Positions 37,326 through 50,300 of a stretch of DNA of 64,000 nt are shown in pieces. The notes below the pieces were generated by a model. It did no database searches. It was not told the DNA's origin and saw only the letters and a list, made by a program, of their open reading frames with translations. Position numbers and translations under genes: made by a program. Source of the DNA: Trichodelitschia bisporula (Eukaryota); NCBI GenBank assembly GCA_010356995.1, contig ML996699.1:819646-883645 (forward strand), written 5' to 3'. The stretch's first letter is position 1, and each line of letters begins with the position of its first letter.

Positions 37326-37851
37326 TGATAGCTCGAACAACACCCACATCTGCCACTCAACCACATCTGACCTGTGTTTTGATGCCATCAGCGCCAGCTC
37401 GTGTTTGGCCGTTTTGCTCTCTCCTCAACAAGGTCTCACCCTCCACCCTGTTTTCTCACTATGGCTGACGACAAGTATTGGAGGTGCAACGGTGCAAAAT
37501 ATATCCGACTTGGGGCAAAAAGGACCACGTGGGCTACATGAAAAGCCCAAATCACCAATTCCGTCCGGCAAGAAGGACTCCTCTCGATTGCAAACCGATG
37601 GACCTCGCCCCGAACTGCCCGAGAATACAGTACCCTCCGCCACCAAGACCACCAAAAAGCAACAAACCGAATGAGACAAGAAGGATCGGGAGGCCTTTGG
37701 GATTTTGGCCACCGCAATTGCATCATCGCTTCAGACAACTATTGTCAACTACGACACCAGCGCAACTATGATGGACTGCCTTCAGCGAAAGCTTGATGAT
37801 AGCTCGAACAACACACACATCTGCCACTCAACCACATCTGACTTGTGTTTT
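37326..37851 (+). repeat. 55-bp direct repeat pair (37326-37380 and 37797-37851)
   Basis: TGATAGCTCGAACAACAC(C/A)CACATCTGCCACTCAACCACATCTGAC(C/T)TGTGTTTT, 2 mismatches. Confidence 0.85.
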
Positions 37852-38060
37852 TACCCTGGTCAGTTGGAGACGGGGAATGATGGCCGCCTATATCATCCAT
37901 CAACATCACCTCTGAGCATCAGCTCGTACGAGTCCGGTCAGGTCCCCTTGTGAGATACGTTCCTGCCCGCAGTGGTCTGGGCGCTGAACACGCGAGTGTT
38001 GAGGGTGGAAGGGTTCACGCCATCCGAACCGCTGTTGGGGTACAACCCAGTCGTCGACTT
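37440..38060 (+). mobile_element. Degenerate Ty3/Gypsy integrase remnant
   Basis: DTFLPAVVWALNTRVLRVEGFTPSEPLLGYNP resembles the integrase-core end (W..LP....A.NT......G.TP..L..G..P). An eroded Zn-finger-like YPT..KD..GYMKS lies upstream, broken by stops and indels. Confidence 0.65.
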
Positions 38061-38200
38061 CGTCGACCTGGGCTTGGACGAGGTCTTGAGACGCAGTGCA
38101 ATTGACCAAGAGCTGCACGATTCCGACGCGCCAGCCTTCGCAGGGACTGTGGACACAGCAGCCTTAACCACTGCAAATAAATCCCCCGCGGAGACACTGC

Positions 38201-38600
38201 TGTAAATCGGAATCGGGCCCGTACTGCTCGCCGCTGCTGTGGCGGCACGTTGGCAGAGGCCGGCGCATCGGGCACGACATCGACGGGGGCGCGCGGGAAG
38301 TCTAGGCGTGCAGTCTTCAGAGCATCCCACTCCGGCTTATTATCACGTTCGCCTGTCTTGTATCCGACGTTTCTGTCTTTATAAAAGACTATCCAGCGGT
38401 CCAGGGACCTCTACGAGCTATGGCAACAACACCCCTCCCAGACTAGGGGGGAGGCTCCTGCCAGGCGCCGGGTCGCCACCCAGGGCTCCTGTCAGAGCTC
38501 TGGGGGAGATGGGGGATTTAGGTCCTTCGTCTCTCGCCCTCCTCCTCTCCTCAACTTTGCAATCCCCAGTTTCGGATCAACACCTTGAGGGTTCGTGACG
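38201..38600 (+). mobile_element. Possible LTR remnant
   Basis: Begins TGTAA right after the integrase remnant, has internal TATAAAA at 38380 and ends GTGACG (one base from ...ACA). No TSD or second copy is visible. Confidence 0.25.
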
Positions 38601-39372
38601 TCAGCCACCATTGTTGCCCGTTAGCGACTGCCCCTTCATCAGCAAATGCCACCGTGTCCATAACGCGTAAATCCCGTTCACTCCACGTTGCTGGTCGAGC
38701 AGCTCATGAGCAGAATCGACTTCCACCTGCAATTTTCAGCTTTTGTAATGTATTCGTTCCGGCGGACTTGAGCAGCGCGCTGACTCCCCGAGCCCATCCC
38801 CACACTTATTCCGAACTTCCTTTGGGATGTTGGCGGGATCTCACCTCTGCATCCAGCATCCAGAGCAGACGGTCGCGACGTACGAACACGCAACCTGGAT
38901 TTGGGGTCTCCTCCGGATGGGTCTTCCAGCGGGCATTCATCTCACCTTTTCAACACCTAAGGATGTCCACCAACCGATCATGCTTCGTGCCGCACGGTAC
39001 CCGACATCTACCGAGGCGCTGCTCCTCGCAAACCCGGGTCCCTCTCCATGTTTCCGGGGTGTGCTAATGGAGCGGTGGGCGTGGGGCCGCTTGGGGTTCT
39101 GGATTCCCGATACAACCTTACGTCATATTGGGATTTCGGTTGGGACGAAGTAGCATCGACTCGGTATGCTGCAGCTCATGGAGCATCTTTGGTGGGACTC
39201 ATGGAAAACCTTGGGTGCAAACTACGGCGAACATGGCATGCGGCATACCCAGCGAGCTTTGAAACAGATCTTTGACGCGGTGGAAGTGAAATCTGCACCT
39301 CGGTGGTCGACTCCTACTGGCCTCTACTTCTCCCCAAGGCCCCGGCTTCGCCTGGATACACTCAGCTTCTCG

Positions 39373-39573
39373 ATGTCGAGATTTGAGGTTACTGGAATTG
39401 TCCTGGGGGCATTACCGCTTGTGTTGACATGCCTCGACTATTATCGTGTCAGTTGTGAGCCGCTTTCGGAATGGTGGAATGTTGGGGCGCATTTCATCAA
39501 ATTCACCGACGACCAGCGTCACCAAGACATGATGTTCTGCAGCAACATCACTGAGCTGCTGCAGAGGCGATGA
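39373..39573 (+). pseudogene. Truncated HeLo-like N-terminal fragment
   Basis: MSRFEVTGIVLGALPLVLTCLDYY matches the MSG(F/L)E.AG.VLG..PL start common to fungal HeLo-like/NLR-associated proteins; the ORF stops after about 66 aa. Confidence 0.55.
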
Positions 39574-41387
39574 GAGAAGAGTGGAAGAATTTGTTGGAGA
39601 GAAGAAAAGGGATCACACCAGTTGATGCGTCTGCTGTGTTCTCACCTCCGGCCCCGTTGATTCCGGAAGATGCTATCAAGTGGATCAAAATTCTCACCAA
39701 GCTGGATATCATACGCCTAACCCTTCCAGAAATGAGGAAGAAGATCCCATGTAACACCGAATGGGTGGACAAGGTTCCCCAGATTTCAGTTCAACGCATC
39801 CACCGATGAAGCGATTATCACCTGCGGCAATTCTCTGGTCCACGAGGGACCCAGAGGTAGTCCGACTGCTGCCAGAGCCTCAGCCGATATTGGTATGTGG
39901 GTCATCGAAAGGAGTGCGAACTTCGAGGAGGAGTTGCCCTCCTGGTCCCGCACCTTACGCAGTCAATCAACACCACTCGTTCTCTTTCACCATGCGCTAC
40001 AGTGCATGATGCTCCGCCTTCCGGACCCTTGATGTGGATAACAGCCACACCGGCACCCGATAGGGTATGGACGAGCCTCACAAAAGACTGGCGGCAATGC
40101 TCAAGTTGGGAGCCAAGGACTCTATTGCCTGGGTGCAAGACAGCATGTTAGGCTAGAAGGTGCCCATGATGGCAGGAAAGGGCACATGGACCACTGCATG
40201 TATTTTAGTTTGGCTTCGCCTCTCTCTCTTTTCGTCACTTCGTCCGCTATCACAATCTTTCACTTCACGCCTTAACCATTGCAAGTGTCAAGATTATGCC
40301 TCCATTAACACATTCCATGTTGCACCAGCGGCAAGCAGGTGAAGCTGACTGGGAGTGCGACGAGGACCTCAAAGGCCTGTATACAGACAAAATCATGTAG
40401 ACAAGTTCCGCGCGCACTGATATGCACACAAAACAGAGATGGGCGTGCTTCGCTTCGCAGAAACCCTCGAAGAGCTAATTGCAAGATTCCGCAAGCTTAT
40501 CGCGCCGCTGAGGATGACAGAGGAATACCGCACCATGTATTTCAGACGCCTGGTAGCAGCACGATCTCTTGAGGGCTTTCCTTGCCTGGGGCACGGGATC
40601 GGAGAGCGAGCGAGTCGGAATTACTCGGTCATACAAGTCCAACATACTGCCTAATGAGTCGGGATCACGACTGTACCGCCGCGGAAGCTCTGGCCTGGAG
40701 AGAGGGTGTTCACCGACAGAGCGTCCGACCTGGGTCTAAGCTTCTGCGTAGAGGTGGGACGCTTATTGCGAAGTGTCTGAAGATGCCCGGCAATGGGGAT
40801 GCAGAGACCAGTCCATATCAGAGCAGCGGCTCACTTTCACGACGTCACACCACCGTCAATGGAGCGATTTCCCTCCGAGGATTGGCCTTTGATTAGCAGT
40901 AACGGTACCTGAACAATGCCCGCCATGACATTCAGCATCCCCACTCCAAACACCCACAGACGTAAAAACGCCAAGCAGCACCGCGCATACAAACCACCCC
41001 AGCCTCGTCGGGCGTAAAACGTTCACCTCACCTCATGCAATTAATCAACACACCAATCGGGCTCCCTCCAGCCCTAACCCAGGAACCATCCGCCCACCGC
41101 CTAGTCTAGACCCCCAACCCGCGACAAGGCGAAACACACACCCCCTCATCCCTTGGCAAGGCTTAACCTACCTGTTCCCCAGTATAAACCCACGAACCCT
41201 CAATCTCGCGCTAGCCCTCAATCTCGCCGTCCATGCCCCGCCACACTCACTCAATATCAACGAGTCTGCCCACCCTCTATCTGCGATGACCCCGCCAGGC
41301 CCACGAGGTCTTAACCCGCGTGGGTTCCCCCGCCGAACTTCTTGAACCACGCGACCTCCTCCGCCGTACATCTCACCACTCATCACA

Positions 41388-42456
41388 ATGTCCTTCCAAT
41401 ACGGCTGGAGCCCATCGGGCCCACACTACGGCGGCGTCCCGGGCGTCCAACAACACCCGAACAGCTTCCAAATCGGCCCCAACGGGCGCCCCTTCAACAC
41501 AAACCCGCGCTTCAACACCGGCGGCTTCAACGCCTTCGGACAATATGCGCCTGGGGGATCCTTCGCGCAGAACGGCGGCGGGTGCTTCCTGGGCCCCGGC
41601 GGCTTCTGCACGTACTGGGACTGGGTGACGACGAACCGGTTCCGCATGGCTCATGGCGTGCTCATGGGCCTTGCGTTTGTGGTGTTCTTCCCGTTTGGCG
41701 CGATACTGGTGCGCATTTTGCCGGGCCCGCTTGCAGCATTCGCGCATGCTGGGGTGCAGCTTTTTGGGTTTTTGTTTGTGATTGTTGGTACTGGACTGGG
41801 TGTTTGGCTTTCGAGGAATATTTTCTGGCCGGGGTTTGATTCGGTTGGGCAGTATACGAACCACGCTCTCGTACGTCCCTTCCCTCCTCCCTTCAAACAC
41901 CCACTAACCCCGTTCGAAGCTCCAAAAATACCACCCCATAATCGGCCTCGTGGTCTTCGGCCTCCTCTGCTTCCAACCCTTCCTCGGTATCCTACACCAC
42001 ATCCTCTACCGCCGCCACGGCCGCCGCTCCGCCGGCTCCCATCTGCACATCTGGCTCGGGCGCATCGTCGTCACCATCGGGATCATAAACGGCGGTCTCG
42101 GGCTGCGTCTGGCTGGCAACACCTACGGCGGTCAAATCGCGTACGGCGTCGTCGCGGGCGTCATTTGGCTGGTGTGGATGATTGCGGCGGTTTTCGGGGA
42201 GTCGAAGCGGGCGCGTGAGGCTAGGGTGCCGAGGCATGGGCATGGGCATGGGGGTGGGCCGATGATGAGAGGGGGAGTTGGGGGGCCGATGGGTGGTGGT
42301 GGGATTGGGGGACCGGTGCATAACCAGGGCGCGTATGGGCCGACGCCGAAGAGGTTTACGCGGGGGAGCATTGATAGTGTCGATTTGCATGGGCAGGTGC
42401 CGCCGCCGCCGGCCCATCCGCCTGCGGGGGCGACGACGGCGGATAAATACGCTTAG
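41388..42456 (+). CDS. Cytochrome b561-domain membrane protein without DOMON, 2 exons
   Basis: Heme-ligand His motifs AHGVLMGLAF..FFPFG, AHAGVQ, YHPIIG..FQPFLG..HH and HIWLGR..GIINGGLG; intron 41871-41919 (GTACGT...ACTAAC...AAG). Confidence 0.88.
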
Positions 42457-42479
42457 GGAGGGGATGGTGGGTGATGGTT

Positions 42480-42500
42480 GGGGGGGGGGGGGGGGGGGGG
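42480..42500 (+). repeat. Poly-G tract (about 21 G)
   Basis: Uninterrupted G run about 25 nt after the b561 stop codon. Confidence 0.9.
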
Positions 42501-45500
42501 AGAGAGGGGGACTAATGGTGTGGAAGGGTGGTCGGTTGTGATGCTGTCGCGATAGCCCCAGCGCGGCGTGCGGATGAGTTGGTGAGGACGAAGATGGATA
42601 GGAGGTTGGAGTCGGGCTCGTGTTTCCGTCGTGGGTTTTCCAAGGCTGAGGTGTAATCGGGCGTTTCCGGGGCTGAGGGGCTTAGTCTCTGCGGGGAAGC
42701 TTAATGGTCTAGTAGGGTGTATTAGTGTGTTTATGCTAAAGATTCAACTTGTGGGAAACGGCATTTTGTGATGTTTCGGGTTTGGGATGTGTGATTGTGG
42801 TGGGCGTGGTTTGGGCGAAACGAGCTCGGGCCTGGTGGGTTGGGGGTATGGTTATGCGCATGAGTGGTCAATTTGGGTGGGATGATGTGGTATTTCGAGT
42901 GTAGTACTGTTGAATATGGAGAGTCAGTCGGAGTTCATGCTGTGGTGATGTGCCTGGCCTATACACATGTGCCTCTTCCTCGCTAGCAAATGGAGACGGG
43001 GCCAGAAGTGTCGGCATTGCGGTACAAGTTGATGAGAACGACGAACAGAATCCTGAGACCAGAGTTGACTGCGACCGCGGTAACCCTAGGTAGGGGTTGC
43101 TCAGCCTCATTATCGGTTTCGGAAGCGACAGACAAACGGTTATCAGGCATAGGACATGTTGTCCATGATTTCGCACCGAGATCGCTGAAATTAACCCGCA
43201 GACACTCCAGAAGCTGAGGAGACTGCCAATGCGCCGGACAGGGCAAGCTGAGTCCGGGACAAGAAGTTCAAGTCACAGGGTGCTGTGAGGTGCTATGGCT
43301 AACCAAGTTAGCTTGCTTGCGGAGCGAAAGGGAGATCGGGGAGGATCTTGCACACCACAGGTCAATGCAGCGATAGCCGGGCTCACAACCTGTTGCAAGC
43401 GTTGCGGTCTAAGGCAATAGGGGATATGTACAAAGTATTGGACACTTTGCTGAGTTCAATCTTGACGCCCATGATCAAGATCCAGCTGAGCAAAGTGTCC
43501 ATCACGTTGCGCAAACCCCCTAAAACTATACTTCAGACAGCAACGCTAACAACAGGAGAAGAGAGTGCCAAAATACAGAGGAAGGCTTTGGGGGTGGAGT
43601 TATGTCTCGTAGAGGAATCTGAGCAGAGTGAGGACGAGAAAATGCTGCGAAGGGTAGAATCGCTGGCTTTATATTCCTCGGCAGAAAACCAGCAATGGAA
43701 CGTCGGGGATCTACGAACGAGGCGCCGACGACGGCATAGGCCGGCGTATACCGATTTTTCGAACCAGAAGAGTCGATGTCCACTAAAATGCGTCATGGTG
43801 TGGAATCAACCCCAAATCAGAAAGCGGGCTTAGGCTTCGAGCCGGATCCACGCATCGTGGCCCATCGGGGGCACTTGGTATTGAATCGTCGAAGTGCTCA
43901 TGGAGAATAGACGCTACATCTCCGAGCCGGGGTTGATCGGCTTGACGTTCCGCATGATAGACAGCAGTCGACGCAGGTCCCGTAGAACTTGACGATCGTT
44001 AATGCTGATGTAGGTGGAGAAGAAGAGGACGACATAGAGCTCCGGCCGTAGAGTAAGGAAGAGAGTTGAATGAGGACGTCGATTCGAACGACAGCATCCT
44101 TCAGGGAATGGCCATCGGGCTTCAAGTTCGTCATGATCGGGAAGCCTCTTCACTCCCTCTTCGTTGCAAACATTTAGATCTGACATTGGACCCACAGCGA
44201 GCTAGGTCGAGATCGACGATCCGGACGCGGGCTTATCATCCGCAGCTTGTACTGCAACTGCAACCAACCCACCACCGTACCTTCCTGCACGAGCTTCAAC
44301 CACATAGCTTCTGCACCCGCTTCTGTTGGACAGGAAGCCTTCACATCGACCTTTAGTACTAACACCGTCCCAGCTCCCAGCAATTCAGCACAGCAAGCAC
44401 AGCTTCGTCACTACAATGTATGTTCCCACGTGTTCTTTAACGTTCGAGCAGCTTGACTCGAAAAGCGCTTGGGTTACGGGGCGGCTTTGCGCTGACGCAG
44501 AACCATTGATCTCGGGAAGGTCTTCGGGGCAAAGGTACATTTGAACCAAGCTCCTAATAAGCTTCTGTCCCTGTTTCTTGGGCAGAAGAGAAGGGGATGG
44601 TGGCTTCGACTGCGGAGATAGACAGGACTGCGGAGCGTGCTTCGGTGACGCCGGACATCCACACTGAATGAAGCGGGTGTCGATGTAACGCGACGACCGA
44701 ATGGTTTGGATTGAGAATCTGGTCTGGTGGGGGAATGTCGGCTCTATATACCCGTCGGATATTGATGGTGACTCCCCTCCTTAAGGTCCGCGATGGACAA
44801 CTTCCACCAAGGCCCTTCCCGTTGACCCAGATCTTACCTGCTGAAAGCTTCCAACTGCCTTGTCCGTAACCTCCCTTCACTCCCGTAAGCAGCACACACC
44901 GAGGCACACCTGCCTCACAACGTCTACGGCTTCCGACAAATCTTCAACACAAGTCAGGCCGCCTCGCAATACCCCTCCTTGGCGTATTTGCCTTAGTACC
45001 TAGGCACAGTAACCGGTGACCGATTCCGCCCCTGCAGCCGGGCTCTAGATCGACCAAGAGGCGCGGGAAAGAGTGTGAGACGGAGAACGTGGGGACGCGG
45101 TCAGGTTTCCGCAAATGTGATGAGGTCCAATGGGACGTTGTGGCTGGACCTCCGAGATCGGCTGGAGCGGCGGCTAAGGGTCTTGCGGACGACGCGAAAT
45201 CCGGGAGGAGCGGCACGGGCCGGTGAGGGATTGGGAACTAAATCTAGCACCCGAAAGTCATGGCCGATGGCGGAGTGTAAACGAGCCGAGTTGTCCGCCG
45301 GTGCAGTCACCCGCAATTGCACGTACCCGGGCCGAAGATATCAAACTCCGAAATCGGCTGCGAAGCCGCACGAGGTTAAATGACTACACTTCCTATTTTA
45401 GCAAGCCACGGTCCAAGTCCCGCCTCATCCCCACGCGCGATGCACCTCAAAGTGCGCATGATATCCCCAACCTTCAACCCACCCAGCTCCCAGCGCCAAA

Positions 45501-45544
45501 CGCCCGCAAGTCTACAGCCTTAGCCCAAGCTAGCACCGAGTCGC

Positions 45545-46168
45545 TCACTTCCCGCCGAACCGGCCCCAGCCCTTAACCTGGACGGGATCATCCTCCGACG
45601 GGCCGCGCGAGCTGCCCGCTTCCTTCTCGGTAACATGAACCTTTGTCGCCGGTTTGGGTTTCTGCGCCTCGAGGTCGGGCTCGCGCCCTGTCGTCCGCTT
45701 CTTGCTGGCTGGAGGCTGCTGCACGAAAACGGTGCCGCGGCGGTTCGTACTCCTCGCACTCTGCGTCGTGTCGCGTCTTCCGGTCAAGCGCCTCGACGCG
45801 CGGCGGAGGGACCCGCGGATGTCCCACTGCTTCTTTTTGGCCATATACCAGAGCCACCAAAGGCCGCCTGGAGGGTTAGATAAGGACGTCGAAAGAGGGG
45901 AGGAGGGCTTACCGATGATCAACACCACGAGACCGATTGCGACGCACATGCCGACTATAGCGCCCCTGGACAGGCTGAAGGCGCCCTTGTCCGAACCATC
46001 GGCACCCGGCGTCGTGCCGGTCAGCACAGAGCCGGCGCCGCCGTCTTGCACGCCTGAGCCGTCCTGAGCGGACATGGTAGGGAAGGCTGATGCGGATGAG
46101 CTGGTTTTCGCCTGCGCCATGGCGAGGGTGGAGAAGAGCGCGCTGAGGATGATGGAGCGAATGTTCAT
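45545..46168 (-). CDS. Small type-I membrane protein (signal peptide, S/T/G ectodomain, one TM, basic tail), 2 exons
   Basis: MNIRSIILSALFSTLAMA; TM LSRGAIVGMCVAIGLVVLIIG|GLWWLWY; tail KKKQWDIRGSLRRASRRLTG; 45-nt intron 45868-45912. Confidence 0.8.
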   Translation of the reverse strand: MNIRSIILSALFSTLAMAQAKTSSSASAFPTMSAQDGSGVQDGGAGSVLTGTTPGADGSDKGAFSLSRGAIVGMCVAIGLVVLIIGKPSSPLSTSLSNPPGGLWWLWYMAKKKQWDIRGSLRRASRRLTGRRDTTQSARSTNRRGTVFVQQPPASKKRTTGREPDLEAQKPKPATKVHVTEKEAGSSRGPSEDDPVQVKGWGRFGGK

Positions 46169-47391
46169 GGTGACAGTTGTATGAGAGGGTTCCCCGGATT
46201 GCGGTCGTGGGAGGGGCACGGCTCAAAAACGAGCACGATGGGCGTTTCGGGGGTGATATAAACCCCTTCCAACGTCCAAGACAAGGGCGCAGTGCGCCAG
46301 GCCTTTTAACCGCCGGCCAGGGACGATTTTGGATCTTCGCGGGGTGATTGGCGTTTCTTGCTGCAAGGTCCGGCGGTTAGAAGTGATGAGGCTGCGGGGT
46401 TTGGACTTTGATTGGCTAGCTGCGGAGCGCCATGGGAAAGCTTAGCATTTGACCGGGAATCATGCCGAACTTGAAACAGCCCAACCAGCAGCGCAGAGCA
46501 TCTGCCAAACTTGTGCATGAGTTGCGTTGCATCGCTCAGCGAGCCGTTACCCATTTGCACGACGTCCTGGGCTGCAAATGCTGACGTACTACGTAGTACG
46601 TCCGTGGGGATGCGCTCGCCTGGCGTGGTGAGTCCCAAGCCAATCGTCTAAAGATAAACCAGTGGCGCGCGGGCGCGGGCTTGCCGGCGCAGGGTGGATT
46701 GCGGAGAAGTGGCTGCGGTCTGTGCGGCATGGACTTCAACGTCTTTCACAGCGTCCGGCAGCATCACGGATGCTCGTCTCCATATAGGTACGGTAGTGTA
46801 TACGCCGCATAGCGTTGTGGCTTAGGCAGATGACCACCGGCTGCAGTCACAAGGTGAGGTGAGCTGTAGGTACGGTATCGGGATGGACGCGTCGATCTTG
46901 GCTTGATGAGCTTGTTACGACGAGGTGGAGAATTGAGATGGACTGCATACCGGTATGAAGCAGATGGCCAAACTCTCCGAGATGGTTAAGATGGCCGACA
47001 TGACCGACGTCGTCGAGATGGCCAAGATGGCTAATTGTTGAGAGGGCTAAGTGAGCCGCCCTAGCAGCGAAGGATGAAGCTCGTACATCAAGAATCAGAA
47101 ATAAACTGACTTTCAAAGGCCAGAAGAGAAGAAGAAACAAAAAGATGGAATTTCCGTGAGCCATACAGTTGGGGAGTGCAGACATCCTCATGAAGGATGG
47201 CGTCATGGTGTTAGACCCCGATGGAGTTCCCCGACGGTGTTCGGAAGTCGCGACTTCCTGCTCCCGTCCCGCACATCTGGCGATTCCATCTTGTCCGTTC
47301 CAACCCAACCACGCTCTAAATCCACCTGATCATTACCTCTCTGCCCTTCATACTGAGAACCCTTCGTTGACGTCCTTGCTTCGAGTCCACG

Positions 47392-50300
47392 ATGGCATCC
47401 GAGGCGCCCACCCTCGCTGAGGACCACACGACGGATGCCATGGATGGCAGCATGCATCCAAGCTCAGATAACAGCTACCTCCCCGACGATGACATGCAGG
47501 TGCTGCATCGTACCTCGACCGAGAAGAAGGCAGCTACCAATGATACAGCGCTGAACATCCCGGGGCTCATTCGACCGCCGTCATCTAGCCATACAGTACA
47601 GAATTTCAAGTTCACCAAACCCAGTGGCAAGGCTCCGGTTCTCGACCGAGTCAAGGGACGGGGTGATGCACCAAGTAGGCTTCCGCCCTCCACCCATGAT
47701 GACGGCCTTGACAACTCTCTTAGTCGCTGCGCCGCGTTCCACAACTGAATCTGCCACCCCGAAGCAACAACTGCCCCCGACCAAGCAGCACAAGTCTGTC
47801 CTGCTCCCAACACAAAGTTCCTCCGACGTCCCTGTTCCTTTGCCTGCTGATCCCTCGGCCACTGCATCCAATCAGCAGGAGGAAGATGATATCGTCAACA
47901 TCTTCCGGGAGCCTGAAAGTCCATCGGGACGCCACACAGCGCCGAAGGTTTCTCATGTCTCCTCACAGCAGCCTGCGTCTTCGGCCCCTCGCCAGAGCCA
48001 TGTGCATCCCCAACCCGCCCAAATGAGCCGTCCTGTGCGCGCGAGCGCTCAGGTTGCGAGGGCGGAGTCTCGTACTCCACGTGAGCATGCGGCGAAGGTC
48101 AAGAAAAGCGCGCGTGTCGCTCCCGCTCCCGCTCCCCCACCCACGGTCGATCAAGTCTGCGAACTGTTGACATGGACTCTGAAACAAGAATCGCAGAAAC
48201 AACACGAAAGAATGCAGCACGAGCAGCTCCGCATGAGCCAACTGGAGCAATGCATCACCACTCTGCGTGTCCAGCACCTTGAAATCCATAACGAATTGGC
48301 AGAGGAAAAGCAGAATCGGATCGCAGAGGCCGCACAGAGCGCGGACACGATAAGGATACATGACATGAAGGCCCTCGATGCGCAGCGGCGCGCCGATGCT
48401 CTTGCGAAGACCTTGGAGGAAAACAAGGCGCTCATCTCGGGTTTACAGCAGCAAGTGAGCCTCCTCGACCAGCAGTTCATCCAAACGGAGAGCGAGCGGA
48501 AGCGGCTGGAGGGCGAACTGGCCTCCAGCATCATAACGACCAAGTTTGAAAGTGAAAAGAGAGTCGCTGAGATGCAGTCGAAGATCGAGATCTTGGAAAG
48601 CGACAAGAAACACTTGGAGGAACGCGTTGACGAGAGTCGCACACAAGAGAAGGCGCACTGGGCTGCCTTGCAAGAGCAACTGACGCGGCAGGCCACTCGT
48701 GTCGATGACTTTCACAACCTCATGTGCAACAGACTCGATGGGATTCAGGGCCCGCCGATTGCACCCGAAGTTCTTGCAGAGGTCAGGTTCTTGGCTTCCC
48801 AGCTGCCGGAGTACTTTCGGTTAAGTAGAAAAGCTGAGGCCGAAGACATGACGCAGGTGATCGCGAAGGTCGAGCAGAGGTGAGAGATAGGCCACAGTCA
48901 GGCATGGTGTTGACGACTTCAGTCTTTCGGAACAACTGACTGCACTCTCGAATGGCCTGTCACCAGCCAGCATGGCGCATGTGCTGCAACCACTCTTCGA
49001 CGAGCTCAGGGCATATCGTGCCGCGCAGGAGGCTGCAACTGAGACTTTGCAGCAAGTCAGTCCACTGCGTCAGGAAAAGGCTGCTCTGGCACAACAGTGC
49101 GAGAACTTGCGAGTGGAACTTAGCGAAGCCCGCAACGCGCTGCAGACTTCCGAAGAGAAGTTGCACGCATTGGAGCTGACCAAACAAGGCCATGCCTCCA
49201 TGGTCACCGAATTGCAGACTCGACTTAACGCGGCCACGGAGGCAGACACCAAGGAAGTCGAGGACTTGAGAGCGGCGGTGAAATCGCTCAAAGAGGATGT
49301 GAAACGGTCTAGTGAAAGCGCCATCGCTGCGGCCAAGGAGCGGGATGCCATCAAGGAGAAGGCAAGTTTCACGCTGACGATGGTTCTGATCGCTTACAAG
49401 TCAGGCTAACAAGCAACGCCGGGACGCGGACAAGAAGCGGGAGGAACTTCGTGAACAAGCTAACAAGCTCCGGCAGGAGGATCGCATGGAACTGGAAAAC
49501 AAGCTTTTTCAGGCTGACAAGAAATACAAGGATCTGATCAAGAGCTTCGAGAAGCTGCAAGAGGAGCTGGTGTCGGAGAAGCGGTCTTTCGAGAAGGAGC
49601 TGACAAAGGGTGCCGATGAGGAGGCAGAGAAAATTCGACAGCAGCAAGCTCTGGATGCGGCAGCAGCCAAAAAGGACCAGGTGTTCAAGCTGGAGAAGGA
49701 AAAGTTGCTCGCAGATGCTGAAGCAAAGCACAAGACTGAACTTGCCAATCAAGAAAAGAGGCTTAAGGAAAAGTTGCTCGCAGAGACTGAGGCAAAGCAC
49801 AAGACTGAGCTTGCCAACCAAGAAAAGAGGCTCAAGGAAGCCGCTGAGCGCGAGTTGCAGCGCGTCAAAAGCACTCTTCAAGGGCGTACCAGTGAGCGAC
49901 GCGCTGAGCACACCAGTTTGAGAAAGCTGTTGGAGGCGGATACCAACCGGGCGGTCGATAAGACGCCGCAGCCTCCGGCTTTCCATAGCCCTTTGAATGG
50001 CACATTCCCGGGTCATAACTTCCATCCTGTTCAGCCCGCGATCCCCCGGTTCGCAGAAATCCACACGCCTGCTGGTGGTGGCCGTCGGGTTCACAGTCTG
50101 ACGTCGTCCGAGCTGTCCGATCCACCCTCCTCGCCTTCCGTCTCACGCCGCTCAGCCAGCGTGGTTCGGCAAGGGGTCATGAACAATCCTTTCAGCGCGG
50201 ATGACAAGTCCAAAGTCGCTGACGGCCTCGTTGATTTCAGCAGCTTCTTAGATACGTCGTCTGCTGTGACCACGGCCGGTGCGGACGCGGTTGGTAGAGA

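Noticed and set aside
43000..44460. ORF fragments including 43348-43833
   Set aside because: Non-ATG start, no codon bias and no motif; possibly a decayed gene but unsupported.
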